Notes: generated from the sequence alone by a model not told the origin. A DNA stretch of 64,000 nt from Proteromonas lacertae (GCA_002245135.1 NGBS01000877.1:62001-126000), one strand, 5' to 3'. Shown: positions 25,499 to 39,481, counted from the stretch's first letter. Numbers and translations are program-made.

Positions 25499-26624
25499 TT
25501 AACTTTTGTGATTGTTCTTTTCATTTGTTTCATTATTCTTTTCATTACTTTTGCATTCAAGTGTGAATTCAATATCAGAAGACAATAATCTTCTAATTTT
25601 ATTTGGATTATCAGGAATGTCAGGTAGAAAAGTAGTAGGTACATCCATTCCTCCATATCCATAAGACATTAATCTTGGAATAAACTACAATACATAATTT
25701 TATATATAATTATACCATCTGACTGCTGATTGATCTTTTAATCCCTTCCATACCTCCATTTATATTATTATTATTAGATGACATAGATAATTGCTGAATG
25801 GATCTACTACTATCAATAGTTGTTAATGAGCTAAAATCTGGTTGTTGCTGTTGTTGTTGGTTGTTATTTTGAGGTGATAAAGGTACTTGTAATGCATTAT
25901 TGTTAGTTTGCTGGGGTGGAGGTTGTTGTTGTGCTGATAATAGATAATCAAACTTCTGGGCTGGTTGAGTTAGGTCAAATTGCGGTATTCTCATTTGAAA
26001 TAAGTTTCTTTCCATATTCTCTACTCTTTTGATTAAGACCAATAACGATTGTTCTGTTTTGTTTTGTCTAGTCAACATTTCAGTACACATATCCATTATC
26101 TTTGTTATGTCAGGGTGATCAACTATTGGTTGTGTTTGTGTAAGGTTTGTTATGATTGGTGGAGGTACTGCTGGGGAATTATTGATTAAATTAGGCTCTG
26201 TTCGATGTTTTGATAAAACTAATATAGGATCACTAAATACAGAGCATTTGTCATTGGATCCTTCAACTTGTATATGTAGCCTGAATTTTCGTCCATCTTT
26301 TCTCCTACTTACCTTTTCTATCCTGAAATGGATGATAGAATTCAATGTACTTTTGTCTATTGTTGGTAATCTGCTTTCTATTGGAAGTATATGAAGAATT
26401 CTTTGATCTTGAATCTCTACTGGTTCGAATGACTCATAATACAATGTAAATTTCAAAGCAAGAGATTTTTCAATTTTTGACGGAGAATCTAACTTTACTA
26501 TTGTAGTTAAGTAATTGTTCTTGCCTCCTTCATCTTTATAAAAAATGCTTTTTGGCTGTTCAATTATTCTAATAGTAGCAATTGCCTACAACATATGCGA
26601 TCTAAAAATATATACCTCTTCCAT
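25499..26624 (-). CDS. Putative transcription factor with beta-sandwich (p53/STAT/CudA-like) DNA-binding domain and Q/N-rich tail
   Basis: EQPKSIFYKDEGGKNN...IHFRIEKVSRRKDGRKFRLHI, then coiled coil and poly-Q/N; fold assignment from memory of similar stramenopile proteins. Confidence 0.5.
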
Positions 26625-26780
26625 TTAAATTGTTGTGACCCGAGATTCAAAAAAATTGCCCCGAACAAGTTTTTCATTTTTTCTTCTGTCATTTTATCAA
26701 TAAGGTATTATTAATTAAATCTTATTTTGTTTCCTTCGATATAAGTCTATTCTTTGCTATAGATATAACAATAATAAACA

Positions 26781-27998
26781 ATGGAAAAGGTAATGTACTG
26801 GTATTTCTTTTATTTTTATTCTAAATGCTAGTATCGATAATTCAGAGTGGTCTAGAGATGGTGATTATTCAAGAAATAGATTATGGGCACAAATTGAATG
26901 TGGTATGTTTTTTATTTTTATACATTGATAGTACAACAAAGTTTTCTAAGTGTATTAAATCATAATAATGAAAGTGTAGCCGGAGTATTAACAATGGCAG
27001 GAAATAAGTATTTTTTATAGCAAATTATACTAAATCATAGAGTACATGTCAGATCATCCCCTACTAAAAACGATAACTACCTAATGGATGCTGTACAGAA
27101 TATTGATTGTGGTGGTAATGTTCATTTATGTGATAGTTTATCTATTTCACACGTATCTCTCATATTTATATTTATTTTATAGCTTGCCTTGAAGAACTGT
27201 GCAAATACATATGGTACAATTAGAATAGTTGTATTCTTAACAAGTCCAATAAGTGATGAAGATAGAAAACTGTTACCAAAACTAGCCAATCGTTTAAAGA
27301 AAGAAAATGTAGCTGTAACAGTTGTATTATTTGGTGAAATACAATGCAATCAAGACACAATGAATGAATTCGTAGAGAAGGTAAATAAACAAAATACTAG
27401 TAGATTATTAGTTGTTAATCCTGGATTAAATCTAATGAACTTTGTATCTCGTTTAACAGGTGAAAATGATAATCCACAATCTAACCAAGACTTTGCAGAG
27501 TATGGAGGTATTGATCCATCAGTAGATCCTGAATTAGCTTTGATTATGCAACAATCCTTACAAGAAGCTAAAGATAATGGTGTAGTACCTCCAACAGCTG
27601 GTGGTGGTGTTGGTGCATTGAGTGAAGATGAAGAAATAAGAAGAGCAATGGAATTATCTCTTGCTGAAGCTGGTGGTGTGAATCCTGCTACTAGTGGTGA
27701 TGATGCAGGTGTTTTACCTAATTCTGATGATTTAGATCCTGAATTAAGAGAAGCATTGAGGTTATCTCTACTTGATGGTCAAGAAACTAATATAAATTCA
27801 CAACCTCAACCTCCACCTCAATCAGAACCAAATACAGCAAATGTACAACCACCTGATTCAGGATCAGCAACAGAAATTCATAGTGAAGAGTTTTTAAAGT
27901 CTTTATTAGATGATATTCCTGGAGTAGATCCTGAAGAAGTAATGAAGCAATTAAAAGAAGAAGAAGAAGAGAAGAAGAAGAAGGAAGATAAAAAGTAA
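26781..27998 (+). CDS. RPN10: 26S proteasome ubiquitin receptor RPN10/PSMD4
   Basis: CIDNSEWSRDGDY VWA start, GIDPSVDPELAL, UIM motifs (EEIRRAMELS, ELREALRLS). Confidence 0.95.
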
Positions 27999-28065
27999 TT
28001 AAAATTACAAAAGAAATTTATTATTTTATTCTATTTTCTATAATTAATTGTGTTTTGAGATAGTA

Positions 28066-28989
28066 TTAATTGAATTTATCAGCATCAAACTCAAATGATA
28101 AGCCATCATATGCTAATTCAAATTTCTCATTCACTTCACTTATTTCTTTATTAAATGATTCATGATCAATAGCATGAGCCATTCCTGTAAAGTATATTTT
28201 CTCACATTTGTTAATCATTTTTGATTCATCTTCTAAAAGTGGAACAAAATCCCTTTTAATATCATCAAATGAAAAATGTGATCCATGTGTACCATTTATC
28301 TTTAAACAATCCAAAATGATATACTTTTTATTCTTCATTTTCTCAATTATTTTTTCATCAAATTTCTTTATATCAGATACATATAGTAAATTACCAATCT
28401 CAAATCCATTACATTTTATATTACCATGGTTCACTGGACATGCAGTTACTTTAAGACCTTCAACTTCAAATGGTTTATAATGTTTAAAAACATTTACAGT
28501 TAATTTACTCACATTACCACCTCCTGTTGGTTTCATATCAGTAAATAAATAGGGAAATGTTGTTTCACATACTGATAATGTTTCACTATCCATATATACA
28601 GGTAGACTTCTACGAATTAGATTTAATGAAATATCTCTTAAATCATCAAATCCACCAATTGCATCATAATGACTATGAGTTATAAGTAAAGCATTTAACG
28701 TTGGTATTTTGTGCTTTGGGAAGATTTCTAAACTTGATTCCCACCACATCTTTCCACAATCTATTCCAACTACTTTCACCTGATCATCTATGTTGTATTG
28801 AATAAATGCGCTTGTGTTTCTTCTTCTATTTTTATTACCTTCTATCATTGCAGAAGTGCAAACTTTACAAATTTCATCAGTGGTTTTAGCTTTTATCAGA
28901 CAAGACAATCTTGGTATACCTTCGCTTGTACCTGTTCCACCAAAGATAAATTTGGCTTTTATCATTTTTGTTAAGTTCGGCTTGATCAT
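28066..28989 (-). CDS. Metallo-beta-lactamase-fold hydrolase (PhnP/YycJ-like), intronless
   Basis: GTGTSEGIP, IDCG, THSHYDAIGG, HGSH, GMAH, AYDG. Confidence 0.9.
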   Translation of the reverse strand: MIKPNLTKMIKAKFIFGGTGTSEGIPRLSCLIKAKTTDEICKVCTSAMIEGNKNRRRNTSAFIQYNIDDQVKVVGIDCGKMWWESSLEIFPKHKIPTLNALLITHSHYDAIGGFDDLRDISLNLIRRSLPVYMDSETLSVCETTFPYLFTDMKPTGGGNVSKLTVNVFKHYKPFEVEGLKVTACPVNHGNIKCNGFEIGNLLYVSDIKKFDEKIIEKMKNKKYIILDCLKINGTHGSHFSFDDIKRDFVPLLEDESKMINKCEKIYFTGMAHAIDHESFNKEISEVNEKFELAYDGLSFEFDADKFN

Positions 28990-29013
28990 TTTAGTTTTGA
29001 AGTTTATTGAAAA

Positions 29014-29299
29014 ATGAAGGTTAGATCATCTATTAAATTGATGTGTAGAAGCTGTAGAGTATATTTTAAGTAAATATATTGATTAGTTTGTTAAACGAGG
29101 AAAGAAGATATTTGTTTTGTGTGATAAGAATCCAAAACATAAACAGAGACAAGGTTTTTGTACTTTCACAGAAATATTAAGCGATCCAATATTACCATCC
29201 AATTCATTGCCAGAAATTGACTTACAAGAAATTGAGTCATATCCAGATTTTTCTTCCATCTTACCATCATCATCCAATTCTGAAAGCCAATTCTTTTAA
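29014..29299 (+). CDS. MRPL36: Mitochondrial-type ribosomal protein bL36 with C-terminal extension; intron 29059-29086
   Basis: Spliced MKVRSSIKLMCRSCR|FVKRGKKIFVLCDKNPKHKQRQG. Confidence 0.92.
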
Positions 29300-29404
29300 A
29301 TTTTAATTGTTTTTTTTATATAAATGATTGTGATTGGGAATTATCATAAAGAAATAAGAATAAACAGAATAAAAAATAATAATAATCCATTAATTTATTT
29401 ATAG

Positions 29405-29682
29405 TTACAGATTATTGTATTTTGCTTTTATATTTTCTCTTATCACATCATATCTATTCTTCAACAACTCTAAATCCTTTTTATATTGTTCATCTAATTC
29501 CTTCAAACACTCTTCTAACGTCTTTTCACTCACAGAAGGCAAATTAGGAGTATTTTTACTATCTGTCGAAGGTGGAGGAGGTATATTTGGTTGTTTTTTA
29601 TTAATTTCTTTATTAGAAGCTTCTTTCTCAATATATTTCATAAAAAATGGTTTATCATCATCATCAGCACCAGCAGCAGCAC

Positions 29683-29713
<31 letters not shown>

Positions 29714-30862
29714 TGTATTTATCATAGTTGAAGATGTGTTATAATTATTACTATTATTTACCATCATTGTTCCATCATCAAAATTAACTTCATTTCTCTT
29801 CATAGTTCCATCATCATTAAATGCACCAACTGTACCACTGTTATTAATACTATCATTCTTTTGTACAAGTGTAGAATCACCATTATTGTCTTCATCTTCT
29901 TCATCATCCTCTTTCTGATTTTTTCTATATTCTATGAGATTATCATTATTAGATATTATAAATTCCTTTAATATAGGATGAGTAGCATGATTCTTCTCGA
30001 ATATTTCTAAAGATGGCTTTATAAATGGATGTTCTAATAGTTCAATCGCTGTTTTACGATCATCAGGATTCTTCTGTAAACACTTATCTAAAAAATCATT
30101 AAATTCCGTTGAAAAATTATTTTGTTCTTTTAATTTCGGTGCTGGTGCTGAAGGTATTAAGAATATTGCTCTCATTGGATGTACATCACTTAATGGCGGA
30201 TATCCTTCCGCTAATTCTATACCTGTTATTCCTAATGACCATATATCTGCTTTTTCATTATAAGCTATTTCTTGGAAGATTTCTGGAGCCATCCAGTAGG
30301 GTGTACCTATTACTGTACGTCTCTTTAATGTATTTTCACTTAATTGAGCACTTACACCAAAGTCTGCGAGTTTTGTTCCTCCTGAGTCTGTTAATAAAAT
30401 GTTTCCTGCTTTTATATCTCTATGTAGTTTTCGGCTGTTGTGTAAATGCTGTAATCCTTTTAATGCACCTGCTAATATTATTGATATGATGTTTTCTGGA
30501 AGTGGATTGGAAGTGCAAAACATTAATTCACTGGCTGAACAGATACAACACTCCATTGCAATCTATTGTATTTATTATCGATAAGTAATATACCCATAAC
30601 TCATTTTCTGCAGCATAAATATATGATCCAAGGTATTTAACAATATAATCACTGTCAACACACTCTTTTAAAATCAGTATCTCTTTTTTCAATTCTTCTA
30701 TATCAGTTTCTGTGGGTATTCTCTTTATGGCACAGATCTTTCCGGTTTTCTTATGCATTGCTTTAACAACCGATCCATATGATCTATACGAGTTATACAA
30801 ATATTATACCCTTCTCCAATTTTATCTAATATCTCAAATAGAGTAGATGGATCAACAGCCAT
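29405..30862 (-). CDS. STE20-family MST/Hippo-like kinase with C-terminal SARAH-like coil
   Basis: GEGSYG, HRDIKAGN, DFGVSAQL, GTPYWMAPE, HPMRAIF; tail LEECLKELDEQYKKDLELLKNRY. Confidence 0.9.
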
Positions 30863-30952
30863 TTTTTATCAAAAAATATATATTCGTTTTAATTGATTGT
30901 TTTTATCATTTTCTTTGTTTTCAAAACAACGAAACATTGATTTTTCTTTTAA

Positions 30953-31898
30953 ATGGAAGCATTAAGTTATGTTGAAATAAATTCAATAAGAAATGGATTG
31001 AAAGCTGGTCTAAGGATGGATGGTAGATTACTTAACCAAAGAAGAAATATAAAAATCATATTAGATAGAGTCAATGGAACATCTGTTGCTGAAATATCTT
31101 TAGGAGATACAAAGTATACTTCTTAGATTTATTTCATAAACAATAGAGTTTCAGCAGTAACAACATGTGAAGTATTACCGCCACATCCAGATCGACCATA
31201 CGAAGGAATGTTCAAACTAAATATACTATATTGTCCAATGGCTTGTAAAGAATTCGTAGTATAAATCTCAATATATCTAATTCAAATTATAGAAAACAAA
31301 CAAAGATGACGATTCCATGTTAATGAGCAGGCTAATAGAAAAGTGCTTGAAAGATAGTAACAGTATAGATTTAGAAGCACTTTGTATTGTCCCTGGAGTA
31401 AGAGTATTTTCAATAAGATGTGATGTAAGTATATTAGATAACGTTGGCAACATCTGTGATGCCTGTTTCCTTGCAATATTATCATCTTTACGACATTTTA
31501 GAAGACCTGATGTTAGTGTTGTTGATAGTAATATTATTGTTAATTCTATTGATGAAAAAGAACCTATTCCATTAACTATACATCATACACCACTCTCTAT
31601 TACCTATGGATTATTGAATAATAATCAAATTGCAATTATGGATCCGAATGATCGAGAAGAAAAAGTAGTGGAGGATTCTATTACATTTATATTGAATTCA
31701 CAAGGAGAATTGTGTGGAATACATAAAGATGGTGGAAATGGAATATCAATCGATATGATTATGAGGTTAGCAAGTGAATCAAGTGAAGAAATTAAATTGA
31801 TTTCACAACAACTGAAAGAACAGTTAGAAATTGCTGATAAAGTTGCTAAGGAAGAAATTATCGATAGAAATAGACCTGTTATGCTAAATAGTGAATAA
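30953..31898 (+). CDS. RRP45: Exosome core subunit RRP45/EXOSC9
   Basis: GLRMDGR, PHPDRPYEG, IDLEALCI, LRHFRRPDV, DPNDREE. Confidence 0.93.
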
Positions 31899-32027
31899 TT
31901 AATATGTAATTTTGTGTTTTCTTTGTTTTAATGTGTAATATATATCTTCTATAACTTATGAATAAAACAAATATGTCATATAAAAAAAAGAAAATAAATA
32001 TAATGTGAAATTAGTTAATCATTTTGT

Positions 32028-35018
32028 TTATCTCCATATTCTCTTGTTAGTTTTATTTGCATTTCCATTATTCATTACACGAACTGCACCTCCTCTTGTA
32101 TTAAAACCAGTATTAAACATTGTTGGTTTTAATATTGTACTTTTTCTACCCATAAAGATTGGATTTACATTGGTTATTGTATTGGAGATAGTATTTGATG
32201 TAATTGTAGATGCTATAGAGGAAGAAGCTGTATTTGTTGGATAAACACTTTGTCTTATCGATTTTCTTGAATTTGATCGAGATGATGATGATAATGTAGT
32301 TGCTAGATTTGTTGTAGAATCATAATCTTGTTGTGGTTGTGATTGTTGTTGTTGTTGATAACTTTGATAATCTTGATTATATTTCATTTTTTTATCACTA
32401 TGACAAATTGATGGATTTCTATTCATTTCATTTATATCATTCTCTGATGATGATTTTCGCTTTTGTTTCAATGAAAAATTCTCATTCTTTAAAGTATTAA
32501 TCATTAGTTTATAATTCTCTATTTCTTCTTTATAACTATTCTCTTTCTCAGAAAAGTTGTTAATTTCTCTTTTACATATTCCTAACTCTCTTTCTAACTC
32601 TGCATTTCTATTTTCATATTCTTTTATCTTATTCTTATAGTCTACCATCTCTGTCTCAAGTTGATTCTTCAATTTCTTTATTTCCATTTTATCCATTATA
32701 CTACCAGCTTCACTTGCTTTGTTTGTCTTTGCTTTACCAAGTTCAACACATCTTACTCTACTAGCAAACTGTAAAGAACATAAAGTTTCACCTTGATCAC
32801 TTAATAATGGATTGATATTGATAAACATTAATATTTTATTATCTTTACTTAAACTATTCTATTTATATAATAATAAATAATAAATAATAAATATTTTTAT
32901 ATATACTTTCAATAGATATGTCAATTTACTATTTCTGTATGGAATATGATTTTGTTTCTGATATAATGATTGTATAACATCACCTAATGAACTTAATGAT
33001 TTGTTAATATTTTGTGCTTCTTTTAATCTTTGACCAGATGCTTCTGTTTTACTCACTCTTTCACTACCTGCTAAATCGATTAATATTAATTGGCTTCTAT
33101 ATGATATTTTAGTTGAATTGTTATAATCAAATATATCAATTAACAATAAAGAATGGCTTCTACTAGATTGTTCATTGGCATTGGTTGCACCTGTTGATCT
33201 ATGTTTATTACCTTCTCTCATTATTTTATTCACTTCATCATAAGAGTTTACTTCGATTTTATTAACATCTGGTAAATACACTTCTCCATCTGTATTTTGT
33301 CTTATATCTAATGTATTATAATTATTCAATAAATCATGAATTGTTTCATTATATATTTCAATCATTGATACTTCAAATTTGATTGTCTCTTGAATTCTCT
33401 TGTTTTTCTCATTAAACAGTTCATTTAATGCTCTGTAATTAACACCAGGTTTTTCATATGTTCCTTCCATTGTATATGTTTTACCACTTCCAGTTTGGCC
33501 ATAGGCAAATATGCATGTTCTATATCCATCTAATGCTGATATTATCAGTGGTTGAATTTCTTTAAATACATCTTCTTGAGAGGAATCAGCACCAAATACT
33601 TGATCGTATTCAAATATCTTTGCATCTTTTGGTTTATATAATAAATTCGTTTCAACTGTATTTTGTGTATTACAGACAGATACTGTATTTGAATCTTCAG
33701 CCTTTACTATCACAGCATCATTTGATTTGTCTTTTGTTAGTTTTGGTCTAATACGACAATATACTCTGATATTTCCTCTTAATTCTTGTAATTTATTGAA
33801 TAACTATACAAAATATAATATAATAGTTATAATTATTATATACATTTCTTCTCATGGAAGTCTCTTCATTTAATTTATTAGTTTTCATTTTCAACTCATC
33901 TTTTATTTTGTATAAGGAAGTCATTAATGTTTGACCTATTGTATTGAAATCTTGAGATGTTAATAATGTTGAAGTTGAGATATCTTTCTTTAAATCCTCA
34001 AGTGGCTGTTTTAATGAGTGTAACTGTTTATACATTGTCTCTTTAATAGAAGATGTTGTTGTAATTATTTGATTGAGATTGTTATTAAATTGTTGAATTG
34101 GTTGTTGAGATGGTGGAGGTAGTTGTTGTAATTGGATTGGTGTTTCTGGTACTGTCATTTGCATTGAACGTTGAGATTGTTGTGATGATTGTTGAGATTG
34201 AAATGATTCTTCCATCGCTAATTCGCTATTTCTATTACTGTTATCTGCTTTACAAGGTGTTTGAGATAATAATTCTAATAATAATAATAATTATTATTAT
34301 TATATACTTTGATATGCACCTAAGATTGCTTCTTTTTCTTCAGATAATTGCTTTACTTTTTTAGCTAATTCTACTTTAATTGCATTAACTTCCATAATTT
34401 TAGTTTGTAAATCTTGAGTTGTATTGTTATTCTCATTATTATCTACATTACTATTACTTTGATTGGACGGCATTGGTGTTGAATTAAATAGTTCTAGTAA
34501 TCCTCCATTTGCTCTCTATAATAAAGATTATTATAAGCATACATGAGTTGCAGCTGACCAAGTTGCTCCACTTATTCCATACGCTCTTTTTATTGATTTA
34601 CTTGGTGTATTTATCTGTTTCATTGGTGTTTGATATACTATGCTAGGCTTTTGGAATTTCAATTCATAGTATTTCTTCACAAATGCGAGACATTTCAGTA
34701 TTGGTGTAATATTTTTTTCTACTAAATCACTATATGTAAATAATCTATCAGGAGTAATTCCTTGAAGTTTAGCACCATTCAAAAATGCTTCAACAGTTCT
34801 TTGAGGTTCATCTATTGTTTCTAGTCCTGAATAATTCAATTCATTTCCTGTTAGTTTCATCCATATTGTTTTAAACGCATTTCCATCTCCTAATGAATTA
34901 ATTAAGTCATCTAATTATGAATAAGGTGTATAGAAGCTATACCAATTGATGAAGTGTTAATATTTTTATCGCATATTTCATTGATAAACGATATTATATC
35001 TGATACTACAACGGCCAT
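32028..35018 (-). CDS. Kinesin-14 with N-terminal calponin-homology domain (KCH/KIFC3-like)
   Basis: RGNIRVYCRIRP neck, YGQTGSGKT, SSRSH, DLAGSE, HIPYRNSKLT; CH-like N-terminus (LFTYSDLVE). Confidence 0.92.
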
Positions 35019-35250
35019 GATAAACAGAAAGAAAAAGTCTCAAAAAATTTTGAATTTTCAAACTGATTTTTACTGACTATATTTTTAATTTGAATCGAAA
35101 TTCAAATTTTCTCTTTATTCGTATATCTATTTGGTAAATAAACTTCTCTAAACTGTAAAATAAATAATTCTCTATGTGACATAACTGCAAACAAACAAAC
35201 GTAAAAAATATTAATATAAAAAATAAAAATAATAATATCAGATATTGATT

Positions 35251-36842
35251 TTATTGAATAATACAACCACCATGTTTATGTATATGAATTTCTTGTGGTT
35301 TACGATTTGCTATTTCTAAAGTTAGTTTTTGTATTTCCTCATTCAATCTATCATTATTTCTTTGACATTCTAATCTTTGTTGTTCAATCACTCTTCTTTC
35401 TTCATCAGTTTTATTCTTTTCTTGTTCTAATAATTGTATTTGTTTTTCGTGATATTTTCTATTTTCACATTCTTTCTTTAATAACATTAACTCTCCATAG
35501 ATATAATCCATCTTCTCTTTTTTCATGCCTTCTGTTCCTTCAAATTTACTTCCATATTCTTCTACTTTTCTTAAAGCAATATCACATTCTTTCATCAACT
35601 GTTCTACATTGACACTATTCTTTTCAAATTTTTCTTTTAATGGATTGATTAATTCCTATTCATTGATAAAATACAAATATATATACTGTCATTATTTTGT
35701 TTACCACCATTTGATTCTTATTTTCAATGAAAATTCTATGCATTTGACTTAACTGAGGTATTCCTTTACTTAAAAATGTATTTAATGTTTCACATAGACT
35801 TGAAAATTCTTCTTTATTTCCAAATGTTGGGTGTAATTTCTTTGTTAATAACTCTAATATATAATGTAATGTTATTTCTTTAAACTCATCACTGAAATCG
35901 TCCATATTACCTTTGAAATCTTCACATTCAATGTCATCACCTGGTTGAGGTAATCCAAAACAATCAACATATCTGTAATTTTCTTTTATTACATTCAAAT
36001 TCTATTATTTTAATAATATTATATATAAATACATTTCTTAAAGCTTCTTCTCTTGTTCCAAATAACTTTCTTTGGAAATCTTCCATCTCCTTTAATTGAT
36101 CTTTTATTTCTTCAGTTTCATACTTATAATCTCTCATTAATAATTCAATTCCACAGAATGAACCATTGCCTTTTTCTTTTTCTGGAGGACAAAACTCTAC
36201 TAATAATCTAAGATTTGTCATATCACTTGGACCAATGATTCCTTTTTGATTCAATATCAATACAGAACTCATTAAGTTGGAAATACCAAATAATACTTGA
36301 TCACTTCCATTTGTACTATCATTCGCTTCTAATCCCTATTCAATACAAATAACATTAAAATATACTTCAGCATCAACTAATAACACTGCCATTTCCTTTG
36401 ATTTATTAGCAGGATTGGGAATTACAAAGTAATGATTTAACATTCTAATTCCCTTTGTACATGGTTCATTTCCAGCTCTCCATCCAAAACCACCACTTGA
36501 ATTACTACTACTTCCATTTAAACATCCACAATCCAATCTCAAATCTTCTATATGAAAGCCACATACATCTATATAACATAATATTAGATTACATACCTCT
36601 GCACTTCTCATATTTCAATAATATTGAGATGATTAAATTCAATAGTGTTGATTTACCAGTTCTAAACTCACCTGATACGTTTAGTATAGCAATGGGAAGG
36701 TTAGATGGAATGGTACTTGTAATATTGATTAGATTATCCTTCTTTAAGTCTAACCTTTTCTTATCCCAACTAACAATCTATAATTGTTATATTAATATTT
36801 ATTATAAATTCATACTTCTACTGAATCTAAGTTTCTGCTCAT
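35251..36842 (-). CDS. Guanylate-binding-protein/atlastin-family GTPase with C-terminal CaaX (CIIQ)
   Basis: GEFRTGKS, TKGI, DAEG, LLMRD, coiled coil, GGCIIQ*. Confidence 0.85.
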
Positions 36843-36988
36843 TTCTACAGATAAATTACTTTATATTGTAGATATATGTAAATGTGATATAATTGGATGT
36901 TATTTATGTAAATAGTTCATTTATGTAAAAACATCTTTTATGTAAATAGAAATTACATAAAAAATAGAAACGACTCTTTTTTGTTAAA

Positions 36989-38536
36989 ATGTCATCCTTC
37001 GACTATGAAGTTGTTAGAGTATTTTCATTATATTTATATGAATGATTTATAGATAATTGACAAAATTGATGATAAGTTAGAGTATATTAAAGTCAATTGT
37101 GAAAAAATGTTATCAAGCATTCCTGATAACATGCCTGTCGTCATTCTATCAGTTGCAGGAAAGACCAGAATCGGTAAATCATTTCTTATAAATGTTTTAA
37201 TCGATGTTTTCTTATGGTTAGAAAATCATGGAAGTATGGTTATGTAGTGTGATATATATATACATAGATTTTGATGGATTCAGCATTGATGATTTACATT
37301 TTGATAGAAAAGGTGACAATTCTTTCAAATATGCTTGTGGCCATGATTCAGTAACATCAGGATTACATGCTTTATGTAGACCTTTCATCATTGATAATCC
37401 ATCTAATTCAAGAGAAAAAATGGCTGTATATTTAGTAGACAGCCAAGGTTTAGATGCTTTAGACCAAGAAGGAGGAGTTGATAGAGTTTTATTTGCTTTA
37501 ACAAACTTTTTATCATCTCATATTATATATAATATTTCAGGAAATATAAAACCAAGAGAACTTCTCAACTTAACAGTTTTAGCAAATCATTCAGTAACTG
37601 TGGATAAAGAAAATTTACCATCTTTAGATATTATAGTGAGAGATGCAAAATACACAAAGAGTGATATAAATGAAATGAAAGAAGAATACAGACAATACCA
37701 ATCGCTAATGTTAAGTAATCCAAAATCTAATTTATATGTATATATCATATATTATTATTTCCATAAAAATAGGAAGATTTTGAAAGATTAAAAGAGTATT
37801 TTAGACCAGATTCTGTTCATGTTTATCCATTTCCAAATCCTGGTACAAAAGTTGAAAAATCAAAATTCAGAGGAAGTGTTGATGATATAAGAACATGTTT
37901 TATAGAAATTATTCATCATTACTTTGTCAATTCATTAAATCCAAAGAATCTTATTCCTAAATTCAAGAATAAACAAGAGTTATTATCAATATTTGGTTTG
38001 ATGTGTGATAATATATTGAAACAACAGAAATCAGGAACTGATATATTTTATGAAATGATTACTGAAAGTCATAACAATAGACTTATATTTGAATTTAAAG
38101 AAGTATAATATACTAACATTATAATCAATAGAAATACTTATTTCCTCTTCAAGAGAAATGCTACCAACTAGGAAGTGATGAATTTGATGTTGAATATAGA
38201 ATGTGTATTGAAGAATTAGAAAAAGTAATGAAAAAATGTCAAGGAGGATCAACTGCAAAGAAACCTATAAAAATAAGAATAATGTCTCAACTAGATGAAT
38301 TGAAAAAAAAGAACATAGAAAATGAACAAAGAAACGAAGAGATGAAAGTGAAACAAAAAGAAATAGAAGAAAGTAAAAAGAATCTAGAAACAATGAAAAA
38401 AGAAAGTGAAGAGTATAAAAGAGAAGAAGATAAATACAATAAAATGATGGAATTGATTCAACAAATAGCAGCTAAGGTGAATGAACCTCCTCAAATAATA
38501 GAGGAAGGTGGTGGAGATATATGCACAATATTTTAA
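36989..38536 (+). CDS. GBP/atlastin-family GTPase paralog with C-terminal CaaX (CTIF)
   Basis: GKTRIGKS, TSGL, DSQG, IIVRD, FPNPG, coiled coil, DICTIF*. Confidence 0.85.
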
Positions 38537-39051
38537 TAAATTCATATAATTCATAAGAATGACTGATTATATTAATTATTTTGTATATACTCCATTCTCA
38601 TACATAAATTAAATAGATTCTTTTACCTTTTCAAACAAGATTTACTAATTAAAAACTTACATTGACTATAAAAAATGGCCCATTCTACATACAATAGAAA
38701 ATAAGTTATAATTTAACATTTTCTTATATTTCTTAGCCATTAGTAGAAAAAATAACCTGACATTTAATTATTTCGCTCCAATACATACTAAAACGCTCAT
38801 ATTTTATACAATCACACATTATCTAAATATTTAACCTACATAATAAGAAGATAAAAGCAAAAAATAAAAAACATAAAAATGAAAGCTGATTTGCTGAAAG
38901 TGATGGATCTTATTTTTGATCTTATAGTTTTATCTCTTTTTATTGGTCATCAATAACTTAAACTTGAGAGAGCTTGTAGTTTCACTTTTTTTTATAAAAC
39001 TTTCATTTTCACTTTTCTTAAAGTTTTATATTCACTTAAACTTTCATTAAC

Positions 39052-39444
39052 ATGTCAGGTAAAGGTAAAGGAGGAAGAGGAAAGGGTGCTGGTAAAGCTG
39101 TATCACGTTCAGCCAAAGCTGGTTTATCATTCCCAGTAGGTCGTATTGCAAGATACATGAGAGAATTGAATGTAGCTGAACGTATTGGTGCTTCAGCTCC
39201 AGTTTACTTATGTTCAGTCATTGAATATTTAGTTGCTGAAGTATTAGAATTAGCAGGAAATGCTGTAAGAGATAACAAGAAGAGCAGAATTGTTCCAAGA
39301 CACATTCAATTAGCCATTAGAAACGATGAAGAATTATCAAAGTTATTCTCTAATGTAACAATTGCAGCTGGTGGTGTTCTTGCTAATATTGAACCTGCTT
39401 TATTACCAAAGAAGAACAGCAAAGATGAATCTGATGCTGAGTAA
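39052..39444 (+). CDS. H2A: Histone H2A, intronless
   Basis: [38 protein letters not shown]. Confidence 0.99.
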   Translation: MSGKGKGGRGKGAGKAVSRSAKAGLSFPVGRIARYMRELNVAERIGASAPVYLCSVIEYLVAEVLELAGNAVRDNKKSRIVPRHIQLAIRNDEELSKLFSNVTIAAGGVLANIEPALLPKKNSKDESDAE

Positions 39445-39481
39445 ACGAGAAACTGAAAATGTAGAACATTTTAGAATACCA

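Noticed and set aside
38880..38940. Possible snoRNA/snRNA (ATGA...CTGA, TATTTTTG) upstream of H2A
   Set aside because: No convincing boxes or stems by eye; would need an Infernal search
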